NCBI GenBank assembly: GCA_044356455.1
Contig: JBIKWF010000004.1
Location: 31,648 to 95,647 of the forward strand
Source: Bdellovibrionota bacterium
GTDB lineage: Bacteria; Bdellovibrionota_C; UBA2361; JBGSMV01
DNA: 64,000 bases
Direction: 5' to 3'
Shown here piece after piece: positions 19,379-28,315 of this stretch (positions within the stretch are counted from its first letter, which is position 1; the number at the start of each line of letters is the position of its first letter). Made by a program: the position numbers and the translations under genes. The notes under the pieces were generated by a model. That model saw only the letters and a program-made list of their open reading frames with translations. It did no database searches and was not told where the DNA came from.

Positions 19379-22300
19379 CTATATTACTTGGGTCGAGGGC
19401 CCGCGCTTTGCCGACCAGCGTGCAAGCACACTATAGACACAAGGCACGACAAAGAGTGTAAAGAACGTCGAAACGGCGACACCTCCCACAATCGTGATCG
19501 ACATTGGAATGCGGCTTTCAGCTCCTGGCCCAAGTGCAAGGGCAGGGGGGATGGCTGCTGCGATAGTGGCAGCTGAAGTCATTAAGATGGGGCGCAGACG
19601 AATCGGAGAAGCGGTGACGATTGCCTCGCGAAGCGACATTCCTTCATCTCGGCAATGGTTGATGAACTCCACCAGCATAATCGAATTCTTTTTTACAATT
19701 CCCATCAGAAGCACAATTCCAATCACGCTGTAGAGGTTTATAGATTGGTTTGAAAGCCAAAGCGCCGCTAATGCGCCAGTGAGGCTAAAGGGAAGCGCGA
19801 TGAGTACCGTGATCGGATCGAGATAGCTGTTAAATTGTGAGGCCAGCACCATATAAGCGACCACCACACCAATCCAGAGCACGAAATATAAGCTTTCGAA
19901 GGATTCCTTAAAGGTTTGAGCTCCTCCTCCCAGAAAAACTCGGTAGCCAGCAGGGAGTATCTTTCGGGCTTCGCTTTCAACGAGCGCAAGTGCTGCTGCT
20001 TGAGACTTTCCAGGGGCGACGTTGCCAAAAATGGAAACGGACCGCTCGCGATTCCGACGCGTGATGCTCAGGAGCGTTGAGGTAGATTCGACTCGGACGA
20101 CTTCTTTAAGCGGAATCAGCTCCCCGAAGGTGTTCCTCACCTGAAGATTAAGAATGTCGTCTGGCGAGAGGCGCTCTTCGCCTCGAAGCCTGAGCCGAAC
20201 ATCATAACGCCTTCCATCCTGAGTGAACTTTCCTTGCCGTATGCCTCCCATCGCAGCATTTACGGCCTCGACAATCTCATCTACCGCGACGCCTCGAGCA
20301 GCCGCAGCGGCGCGATCCGGCCATACGCGCACTTCCGGCTGACCGAGGCGGTAGTCTGAATTCAGATCGACTACTAGTCCGCTCGCGGAAACTACCTTCA
20401 TGAGTTCCGCGCTTTTTTCTGAGAGAACTCGCCAATCAGGGCCACGGAGATTTACCTCCACAGGAAAACTGCGCTGAGCAGTAAAACCGCGGGTGGAGAG
20501 GTCTTGAATAAACACGCGCGCATTCGGAAGTTTCCCGAGCCCCGCGCGGACCTCATTCATAATTTGAGTTTGCCCTGCGCGCCCGGAACTTTTGTCCTTA
20601 AGCGTAACAAACGCAATCCCGGAATTCACCTCGCCCCCTCCAAATCCTCCCACTGCGATGAAGCTGCGCGCCACGTCTGGGCGGGATCGTAAATACTCAT
20701 CAGCTTTTTCGAGCACCTCAGAAGTGAAGGCGAGAGAAGATCCCACCGGAGTCTCGATTCGTACAATAAAGGTGCCTTGATCCTGCGGGGGAATAAATTC
20801 CTGCCGGAGAAGAGGCAGGAGCTTTAGGGAGCCAGCAAAGAGAAGCCCAGAAAATAAAATTACAAGCCAGCGGGCGCGCAAAGCCCCAGAAAGTAAGGCT
20901 CCATAGGCCCTTCCGATAACTGCAAAAATTTTATCAAGGACGCGCTCCATACGGCCGCGGCTTTCCGAATCGCGCATTTGTGAGGCTCGCATCGGCATGA
21001 GAGTCACCGCCTCAAGAAGAGAGAGAAGGACGGCAACGGAGATGGTGATTCCAAATTGAAAGAAGAACTTGCCTATGACGCCTTCCATAAAGGCGACGGG
21101 AAGAAAAATGGCAACAACCGCTATCGATGCGGCAACTGCGGCAAAGGATATCTCTGTGGCGCCGTCGCGAGCGGCGGCGACCATTGACTTGCCCATGGCG
21201 CGGTGCCGATAGATATTTTCAAGAACCATGATGGCGTCATCGACTACAATTCCGATGGCGAGGGCTAGCCCTAGAATCGTGAAGAGATTGAGCGTGAAGC
21301 CCATGAAGTAAATGACCGTGAAGGTTCCAACTATCGAGGTGGGAATGGATAGTAAGATATTAAAGGTTGGGCGAAGTGATCCAAGAAAGAGCCAGCACAC
21401 AAGTCCTGTGACCAAGGCTGAAAGCAGAAGCGTGAATTCCGTTTCTTCGACTGCTTCTCGGACAAAAATCGTGCTGTCAAAATTCACTCTTAGAAAAATA
21501 TCTTGGGGAAGCTGGCCTTGTAGTTCTTTGATGCGCTGCTTCACAAGGTCGCCGACGGCGACCGCATTTGCTCCGCGCTGTTTTTTAATTCCTAGGGCAA
21601 CTGCGGGTTTTCCCTCAATAAGAGAAACACGACGGATATCGGCCAGCCCGTCTTCAACCCTCGCGACGTCTTTCAGACGCAGCTGAGGGCCGAAAATTGG
21701 TTTCCCGCCTCGGGTAGTGATGAGAATCTCAGCGACTTCTTCGGGCGAGCTGCCTTCGCCCATCACTCGAAGGTTTATTTCTTGTTTATCATTCTCAATA
21801 ATGCCGGCCGCCGCTTCAATGTGTCCCCGTGCGAGTGCATCTTTCACGTCTAAGATCGAAAGTTGGTTCTTGATGAGCCTCTTGTTTTCGACCCACACGC
21901 GAAGACTGCGGTCTGTGAAGCCACCTAGCTGCACTTCTCCAACCCCAGGGAGTATCTGAAACTGGTCTCGCACCGAGAGGTCGACGAAGGTGATGAGCTC
22001 GTGTAAAGAGCGGGTGGTTGAACCTACCCCAACCCAGATAATAGGTTGGTCGTCGGGGTTTGATTTGCGAATGGTTGGCGGGTCGACGCCTGTCGGTAGC
22101 CGTACACGACTGATGGCGGACTGGGTTTCTTGAAGGGCAGCGTCGACATCACGGCTAAGGTTGAATTCGAGAGTGAGAGTTGCTTGTCCTTGGCGAATAG
22201 AAGAGGCTACCTCTCGGATTCCCTCAACCGTGGTTACGGCTTGTTCGAGCCTATCGACAATCTCAGCTTCGAGAACCTCTGGCGCGGCTCCCTCCCATAT

Positions 22301-22447
22301 CACCGAAACGTTGAGTACGGGGAAATCAACATCGGGCATTTGGCTAATGCCTAAACGCTGTAAGCTTATCCATCCAAAGAAGATAAGACCGAGCATGAGC
22401 ATCCAGGAAAATACTGGCCTGCGAATTGCAATTTCTGGCAGGCTCAT
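19379..22447 (-). CDS. RND efflux permease (AcrB/AcrD/AcrF family)
   Basis: AIRRPVF start, GIVVDDAIMVLENI, GIVKKNSIMLVEF, RLRPILMTS; two-repeat multi-TM architecture. Confidence 0.95.
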   Translation of the reverse strand: MSLPEIAIRRPVFSWMLMLGLIFFGWISLQRLGISQMPDVDFPVLNVSVIWEGAAPEVLEAEIVDRLEQAVTTVEGIREVASSIRQGQATLTLEFNLSRDVDAALQETQSAISRVRLPTGVDPPTIRKSNPDDQPIIWVGVGSTTRSLHELITFVDLSVRDQFQILPGVGEVQLGGFTDRSLRVWVENKRLIKNQLSILDVKDALARGHIEAAAGIIENDKQEINLRVMGEGSSPEEVAEILITTRGGKPIFGPQLRLKDVARVEDGLADIRRVSLIEGKPAVALGIKKQRGANAVAVGDLVKQRIKELQGQLPQDIFLRVNFDSTIFVREAVEETEFTLLLSALVTGLVCWLFLGSLRPTFNILLSIPTSIVGTFTVIYFMGFTLNLFTILGLALAIGIVVDDAIMVLENIYRHRAMGKSMVAAARDGATEISFAAVAASIAVVAIFLPVAFMEGVIGKFFFQFGITISVAVLLSLLEAVTLMPMRASQMRDSESRGRMERVLDKIFAVIGRAYGALLSGALRARWLVILFSGLLFAGSLKLLPLLRQEFIPPQDQGTFIVRIETPVGSSLAFTSEVLEKADEYLRSRPDVARSFIAVGGFGGGEVNSGIAFVTLKDKSSGRAGQTQIMNEVRAGLGKLPNARVFIQDLSTRGFTAQRSFPVEVNLRGPDWRVLSEKSAELMKVVSASGLVVDLNSDYRLGQPEVRVWPDRAAAAARGVAVDEIVEAVNAAMGGIRQGKFTQDGRRYDVRLRLRGEERLSPDDILNLQVRNTFGELIPLKEVVRVESTSTLLSITRRNRERSVSIFGNVAPGKSQAAALALVESEARKILPAGYRVFLGGGAQTFKESFESLYFVLWIGVVVAYMVLASQFNSYLDPITVLIALPFSLTGALAALWLSNQSINLYSVIGIVLLMGIVKKNSIMLVEFINHCRDEGMSLREAIVTASPIRLRPILMTSAATIAAAIPPALALGPGAESRIPMSITIVGGVAVSTFFTLFVVPCVYSVLARWSAKRGPSTQVI

Positions 22448-23766
22448 AGCGGGATATCTCCTGCTGCCACCGCCAGATTCGCCTCTTCGATCGCGACGCG
22501 GGCTTTGGCTTCGCGCAGTTGACGCTCGCTCTCATAGAGGAGGCGGATGGCGTTCAGAACATCGAGGTTTGTCACTACGCCGAGGGCATAGTCTTCACGC
22601 TGAAGCGTATGATTCTTCTTGCGCGAGGCAACTAATGATTCGAGAGCCTTATATTCGGCGATGGCACTGGCAAGCCTCGTCGAAGACTCCTTTACTTCAA
22701 AGCGAACTTGCCGGGCAATTCTCTGACGCGCGAGTGCTGCTCTGCGGGCCGCCAGGTCTGCTTCGGAGGCTTTGGCGTCAACCCTACCAAAATCAAAGAG
22801 AGGAACGTCGAGACGAAGCAGGATTTCCCAGTCGCGGCTTCTATCCGGATCGTCAAGAGCATAGGCGGTGCCGTCAAGATTGGCCTCTGGCCAAAGCTCA
22901 CGCCGGATTGAGGTGGCGCGAAGGAGCGCCGCGCGGTGAGCCGCATCTGCTGAAAGACTATCGGAGCGTTTTTCGGCCCGGGCCAGAAGTCCTCCAAGAG
23001 GGGGGATGTTAAAGCTTGGGTTTTCTCCGTGTAGGGTGAACTCCTCCGCGGGGAGATTGACGAGAAACGCCAGGTACTCTTTCGTTGCGCGCTCTAGCCC
23101 TCCGACCGCTTCTTTGGTTACTGCAATCGCCGCCAGGTCTGATTCCGCCGCAACTACTTCACTTTCCCGCGTTCTTCCGAGGGCTGCGAAGGAGCGCAGC
23201 TCCTTAATGCGATCAAGAAAAACTGATTTAGAGCGAGCGAGAATATCGAGATCGTCGTGGTACAAGAGCACTTGCTGGAATGTGGCGGCTACTTCTTGGT
23301 AGAGAAGTTCTTGGTTTCTCTTCTCCGTCGCACTCAGACTCTCACGCTCTTCTGTTGCCGCGTCTGCGAGAAGAAACTCCCTGAACCCCCGAAAGAGAGG
23401 TTGGTGAACGGTAAATGCGGCTTCAAACTGGGTGGCGCCAAGCCCTCGCGAGCGGCGGCCGGCAGGATCTGAACTTACGTCGCTCCCGGTTGAGGCAAGC
23501 ACACCAAAATTCGAGGGACCGCGAATTCTTTGTTGAAGAGATAGTCCAAGCTCTGGATAAAGTTCGCTAAGCGCTTGGCGGTAGCGTTCGCGGGCTTGCT
23601 CAATTTCTATGCGTCTTTCGGAGAGAGATTCAGAAATAAGGAGTGCTCTTTGCGCGCATTCCTTAAGAGTGAGAGCAACTGAGGTGCGAGGAGTGGGAGT
23701 AGTAGGCGGCGCCGCAGAGATTGCGTCGGGAGTGCCGCAAAGGAGTGTCATGAGAATAACCTTCAT
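22444..23766 (-). CDS. TolC-family outer membrane efflux protein
   Basis: LTLKECAQRAL, QPLFRGF, VPLFDFG, YALGVVTNLDVLNA; 4-bp overlap with the RND gene. Start uncertain (23766 or 23796). Confidence 0.9.
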   Translation of the reverse strand: MKVILMTLLCGTPDAISAAPPTTPTPRTSVALTLKECAQRALLISESLSERRIEIEQARERYRQALSELYPELGLSLQQRIRGPSNFGVLASTGSDVSSDPAGRRSRGLGATQFEAAFTVHQPLFRGFREFLLADAATEERESLSATEKRNQELLYQEVAATFQQVLLYHDDLDILARSKSVFLDRIKELRSFAALGRTRESEVVAAESDLAAIAVTKEAVGGLERATKEYLAFLVNLPAEEFTLHGENPSFNIPPLGGLLARAEKRSDSLSADAAHRAALLRATSIRRELWPEANLDGTAYALDDPDRSRDWEILLRLDVPLFDFGRVDAKASEADLAARRAALARQRIARQVRFEVKESSTRLASAIAEYKALESLVASRKKNHTLQREDYALGVVTNLDVLNAIRLLYESERQLREAKARVAIEEANLAVAAGDIPL

Positions 23767-23986
23767 GAGCAGGAAGGCGCAGTTTCTTAGGGGCATGCCA
23801 CGCAGCTTACGCCATGGCGCCCTCTCTGGGGGAGGCCATTGGAGTGGAGGCGATTGAGGCATGGCTTGCCGCATGGCTGGATTGCTCAATGAGATTCGCA
23901 TGTAAGGAAGATACCTTGTGGGGTCAAGGTTAGTAGATTTAGGCGGCGCGGACAAATGCAGGCGTGCGCATATGGCAGCTGCTATG

Positions 23987-24174
23987 AGGTGCAGAGATCT
24001 AGACCTGATCTTCCAGTCAATGTAGGGGCGTTTCGAGAGGGAAGCTTATAACGCGAAGGACGCGATGGGCACGAAGGTATTGAATTCTCTTCCCTTCGTA
24101 TCCATCGCGTTACAATCGGTAGCTCACAAAACCTCGGACACTGGAGGTAAGTTCAAGTCGCGCCTTTCGCATAT
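23987..24174 (+). repeat. Repeat family D (~190 bp), copy 1
   Basis: Aligns in inverted orientation with 60636..60823; internal palindrome AACGCGAAGGACGCGATGG...CCATCGCGTT. Confidence 0.8.
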
Positions 24175-24180
24175 GAGGGA

Positions 24181-24302
24181 GGGGGAGTTTTTCAAAACCT
24201 CGATATTCTATTTCATCGCTCTGTGATCTCTGTGTCCTCTGTGGTTTTTCAACAATTTAAACTAACCACAGAGTTCACAGAGTGGACTTTTTCAGAGCTT
24301 CC
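24181..24302. mobile_element. MITE family C copy
   Basis: Degenerate left end; CTCTGTG/CACAGAG palindrome; right end TTTTCAGAGCTTCC abuts the TAA of 24303..25100. Confidence 0.75.
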
Positions 24303-25100
24303 TTAAAGCGGCAGAAACCCATTCGCGAGGCTGCTGCGCGCCATGGCACTATAGCGATAATGCCTTGGGAGAAACCATGCCAACGACTGCATGACCCCTT
24401 GATAATGTTCCTCGCTTTGAAAACGCTCAAGTGTAGCGTCAAAAACGATAGATTGATCTGGGCCGGAGGGGGTCATCCGCGACATGAGACATATCTGTAT
24501 GTCAGGAACCCCATGCTGCGAAAAGTAGTTTCGGAGCACGTTCCTCGTGGCCAAGGGAAGCAAGCTTTCCGAAGGCTGGCCGACCAGGACCTGTTCTGCG
24601 GCGCTAAGCTGCTCACGGCCGCTACTTTGAACTGACGCTGTCTGCGGCTCTAGGGAGCCGAGAAGCGCGAGCTGCACGATGTCGCCATGACTCAGCACCC
24701 ATTGCGGCTGACCACCTCCAGGCTCAATAACAACACCGAGGCCTTGGGCCAGCAAAAAATCCCTCGCCATATGAGTAAGCACATAACACTGGAAGCTTTT
24801 GCCTGGCTCAGGAAGGAGGAGAACAAAGTAGGGGAAACCGTCGGGGCCCACATGAACCTGGGGGTCTCCCGCCCGAAAGCTTGCCATGGGAGCGGCCGCG
24901 TAAAAGGCAGCAAGCCAGCGCTCGTCTCGCTGCTCTCGCGGGATGGCGAAGAGCTGAAACAACACGCCAGTCTTTTCCAGGTCTCCTAAATAGGGCTCGT
25001 TTCCGCCTCCAGCGCTTTGAGGGGTGTCTGCAGGAGCCGCAGGCGAAATAGTGGGTGCTGATGCGGGGGGCTTCGAAAAGAGTTTTTTGAGCCAGCTCAT
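24303..25100 (-). CDS. Hypothetical protein
   Basis: MSWLKKLF start; GPDGFPYF and AWFLPRHY motifs; function unknown. Confidence 0.75.
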   Translation of the reverse strand: MSWLKKLFSKPPASAPTISPAAPADTPQSAGGGNEPYLGDLEKTGVLFQLFAIPREQRDERWLAAFYAAAPMASFRAGDPQVHVGPDGFPYFVLLLPEPGKSFQCYVLTHMARDFLLAQGLGVVIEPGGGQPQWVLSHGDIVQLALLGSLEPQTASVQSSGREQLSAAEQVLVGQPSESLLPLATRNVLRNYFSQHGVPDIQICLMSRMTPSGPDQSIVFDATLERFQSEEHYQGVMQSLAWFLPRHYRYSAMARSSLANGFLPL

Positions 25101-25105
25101 CTTAG

Positions 25106-25234
25106 GGATTCTCTTAAAAAGTCCGCTCTGTGAGCTCTGTGCCCTCTGTGGTTGATTTAAATTGTTGAAAAACCACAGAGGACACAGAGCTCACAGAGGG
25201 AAAAAATAAAATAGCGATGTTTTTCAGAGGTTCC
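25106..25234. mobile_element. MITE family C copy with TTAG target duplication
   Basis: TTAG|GGATTCTCTTAAAAA...TTTTCAGAGGTTCC|TTAG; the right TTA is the stop codon of the GT2 gene. Confidence 0.85.
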
Positions 25235-26035
25235 TTAGCTCTCCTTGCCGCCAGTATTCTCAAAGGGGCTAAGGAAGACTTCATTAGTGGGAGGACCGCC
25301 CCATTTTCTAATATAGCGCTGCAGATTGTCTTCAATCATCTGGTCTAGTTTTCTTACTTCTTCCACGGGAGTGGAAAGTATGAGTCCTTTGATGGTGCCG
25401 CGCTCCAAATGAAAGAATAGGGCGCTCTCCGTGCGAAGCGCCGGTAGGCCCGCACGTTTTATGCGGTACAGCATGTCGCTGTCTTCGTGATAGGCGGGCA
25501 CAAACTTCTCATCGAACTCCCCAACCTGCTCAAAGAGCTTTCGATCAACGAGGAAACACGAGCAATGCGGATGTTCAGATACGGCGTTGCTTAAAGGAGC
25601 TTCCTCAAGGGTCTTCACATCGCCCCAAGGAGAGGCGGACCAAAGTACTGCCTCGGGATGAGACTCGGCGAATGCAACGAGTTCATCGATGCAGCGTGAA
25701 TGCAGCACGAGATCGAGATTGGTAAGCAGCACGTAGCGTGCGCCGCGTGCGAGCGCGAGCCGAATTCCCTTGTTCCATGCCCGTGCCAGAATGTTGTGGT
25801 CGTTGTGCTCGACATGAGCCGCAACGCTTTTTAGCCAGGCTTCGTCATCGCTTTCGGGGCGTACGCGGTTAATAATTGCAATCTTATCGATCGGGTGGGA
25901 GCTTCGGACTGAGCGCAGGCTTACTTCAGAAAGTGAGCGGTGTAGATCGGATGTGATAAAGGGCACCACCACGAGGCCAATAGCAATTTCGGCGTGTGAG
26001 GGCGTGCGGTTACTTGGTGGCGGTGTCGTTGGCAC
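25235..26035 (-). CDS. Glycosyltransferase family 2
   Basis: ARAWNKGI, YVLLTNLD, VGEFDEKF, YHEDSDMLYR, FFHLE, RKWG. Confidence 0.9.
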   Translation of the reverse strand: MPTTPPPSNRTPSHAEIAIGLVVVPFITSDLHRSLSEVSLRSVRSSHPIDKIAIINRVRPESDDEAWLKSVAAHVEHNDHNILARAWNKGIRLALARGARYVLLTNLDLVLHSRCIDELVAFAESHPEAVLWSASPWGDVKTLEEAPLSNAVSEHPHCSCFLVDRKLFEQVGEFDEKFVPAYHEDSDMLYRIKRAGLPALRTESALFFHLERGTIKGLILSTPVEEVRKLDQMIEDNLQRYIRKWGGPPTNEVFLSPFENTGGKES

Positions 26036-26057
26036 AGAAAATTACCGAGTATGTTAG

Positions 26058-26187
26058 GGAACCTCTGAAAAGCCACGATATTTTATTTTTCTCACTCTGT
26101 GATCTCTGTGTCCTCTGTGGTTTTTCAACAATTTAAATCAACCACAGAGGGCACAGAGTTCACAGAGTGGACTTTTTCATAGGTTCC
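26058..26187. mobile_element. MITE family C copy
   Basis: TTAG|GGAACCTCTGAAAA...TTTTCATAGGTTCC|TAAG; three CTCTGTG units pair with three CACAGAG units. Confidence 0.85.
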
Positions 26188-26318
26188 TAAGCGTAGAGCT
26201 TAGCTGGGATGCCCCAGGGAAACCAGACCAAGGAGTGGCCCCTTCTCCACTAAAAAGAGGTGAGGATCTGCGATATTCTAACTCGGCGCTCCCCTAAACT
26301 TTCCTTACAATGACTTCC

Positions 26319-27656
26319 TTACAGCGCCTTTAGTAAGTTCCCACACGCGGTGGTGAAGAGCTCAGGCTGGAAGGCCGCAGGGGTAGCGAGCGCACTATAG
26401 ATTTGGTCAACCTCGCGCTTGTGGAGGCTGCCGTCGGTGCTTAACGAGGCGGCGAGGCCAGAGATTCCCATCGCGAGCTGCTCGGCTACTTCAAAGGGCG
26501 GATGCTGAGCAGATGCTCCGTATTCCGTGAGCTTCTTGAGGAGCTTCTTTGAGGTGGCTTGATCATAGGAAGCGGAAGCATATTTCTTAGAAGCATCAGA
26601 AAGGAGAGTGCTTAAAGCCGCGGCTGCAGCCGCCGTTTCCTTGCCGTCATGCAGGCGTAGCACTTGTTCCCCAAAACGCTGACCAAAGGCGGAGTCAAGG
26701 GCGAGTAGCGCTTGCTCGGCAACAATGAGGGAGGAGATGTTGAGACGAAGTTCTCCTGGCTTTCCATCGTAGCTTCTTGTTTTCCATTGCTCCTCGGTGA
26801 GGCTGTGATGGCATGAGTAGCAATATAAGAGAGTGAGCTCAGGGCCAGCCATGAGTCCTTCGCCGGCTCGCGATCGTTTCTCGGATACCATCGCTGAAAT
26901 AAGTTCTTGAGAGCGGCTTAGCTGACCGATGAGCCACGCTCTCGCCGGGACGTACGCTTCTTTTCGACTGCGGTAATCATCATCAACATCCCAGTGAGCG
27001 GGCTGGATGGCTGAGAAGGTATCTAATTCAAAGGTAAGGCGGGGATGTCCGGCGCCAATGAGGCGATGGTCAACAGTTTTGTCGTCGGATCCTAAATGGC
27101 AAGAGAGGCAGAAGGATGCGCGAGTTGAAGGAGAAACGAGATCCGCCATGCCATTTTTAAGGTTAGCTTCGTGGGTTGCTCCCTGTTCTGTGTGTGTAGA
27201 GATGTAGTGCTCCGCTGCTCCATGGCAAGACTCGCAGCCCACTCCGTCTTCAATTCGGAACTTATCGTCCTGTAAAGCTTGGTCTTTGACATAGGTTGCG
27301 TGGCATTTCAGACACAGAGGCTCTTGCTCGGGGTTCTCGATGCCTAAATGTTCACCTATTTTCTTTGAGTCAGCACTCGTTAGCGAGAGCCAGGACTTGG
27401 CGTGGGCGTCATGTTTCGTCCATGTGCTGTATTCATTTTGAAGGACGTTCGAAGCGTTTCGAGGAGCGACGCTGCCGTGGCAGTTTGAGGAAGAGCATGA
27501 GGCAACGCCGAGGTACTTCGCATGGGCGGTTCCGCTGCGCCCCGGGCTCCCCTCGGCGTGAGCAGCTACGGGCGAAAAAAAGGAGAGAAGGGCGCTCAGC
27601 GCGAGAGATAGCGAGACTGCCGAAATACTTCGGAGCGAACGTGAATGCAGCGTCAT
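26319..27656 (-). CDS. Periplasmic multiheme cytochrome c (c554-like; 4 CxxCH + 1 CX4CH)
   Basis: Signal peptide ending AHA; CSSSNCH, CLKCH, GVGCESCHG, CLSCH, CYSCH; helical C-terminus. Confidence 0.9.
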   Translation of the reverse strand: MTLHSRSLRSISAVSLSLALSALLSFFSPVAAHAEGSPGRSGTAHAKYLGVASCSSSNCHGSVAPRNASNVLQNEYSTWTKHDAHAKSWLSLTSADSKKIGEHLGIENPEQEPLCLKCHATYVKDQALQDDKFRIEDGVGCESCHGAAEHYISTHTEQGATHEANLKNGMADLVSPSTRASFCLSCHLGSDDKTVDHRLIGAGHPRLTFELDTFSAIQPAHWDVDDDYRSRKEAYVPARAWLIGQLSRSQELISAMVSEKRSRAGEGLMAGPELTLLYCYSCHHSLTEEQWKTRSYDGKPGELRLNISSLIVAEQALLALDSAFGQRFGEQVLRLHDGKETAAAAAALSTLLSDASKKYASASYDQATSKKLLKKLTEYGASAQHPPFEVAEQLAMGISGLAASLSTDGSLHKREVDQIYSALATPAAFQPELFTTACGNLLKAL

Positions 27657-27708
27657 GATAATCAGTCGTCCTTACAGTCAAGAGTTAAGACAGTCTTCGG
27701 CAAAAAAA

Positions 27709-27790
27709 GGCAAAGCCGAAAAGCCCCAAACGGCAAAGCTCAAAAGCCCAAGGGCAAAGCTCAAAAGCCCAAGGGCAAAGCTCAAAAGAC
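27709..27790. repeat. 21-bp tandem repeat (about 4 units)
   Basis: GGCAAAGCTCAAAAGCCCAAG at 27732 and 27753; partial or degenerate units at 27709 and 27774. Confidence 0.85.
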
Positions 27791-28033
27791 AGACATCCCG
27801 TTTGTTCGCCCCCCGCACATCGACCCTGAATGCAAGACAATGTTACGAGCCATCCCCGCGATTTGAGGGATGATTTACCCAATAATTTCTTGAGTGTCAC
27901 GGAATTGTATGGTCTATTTCAGCGCGTTGCAATTTAAATTTCGGCACAAGTCGCTTTAAAATTCCTATGGAAGGCTGCTTCCTTTGGGTGGCTGTGGTCT
28001 TTACTGGGGATTGGGGTGCTCTTGTTTGGGCGT

Positions 28034-28084
28034 GCTTTCGTGCAGTGTTGGCTTTCGTGCAGTGTGGGCCTTCGTGCGGTGTTG
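28034..28084. repeat. 17-bp tandem repeat (3 units)
   Basis: GCTTTCGTGCAGTGTTG / GCTTTCGTGCAGTGTGG / GCCTTCGTGCGGTGTTG. Confidence 0.8.
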
Positions 28085-28315
28085 TCGAAAGGAGCCTCTG
28101 CCCGCATGAGTCGAGAATGCTGATGCAGGCTGGCGTTTGAAGAACGCTGGCCGCAAGCGCGTAGGTGATTTGTTTTTGTAACCTGGTCTCGCCTTAGTTT
28201 TCTAGAGAGTGGGAGCGCCAGAGTGGGGGAGTTGTTCTTTGACCTTTGGTGAGTGTGGCCTGCCGGTGATGTTTGTCCCGGTAGAGTTTTATCCCGCGGT
28301 GTTTGAAGTTTCTCT

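Noticed and set aside
27645..27900. Short ORFs with KAQKPKG repeats
   Set aside because: They arise from translation of the 21-bp tandem repeat in several frames; no independent coding evidence.
27940..27956. Sigma-54 promoter-like CGGCACAAGTCGCT
   Set aside because: GG-to-GC spacing is 8 nt rather than the required 10.
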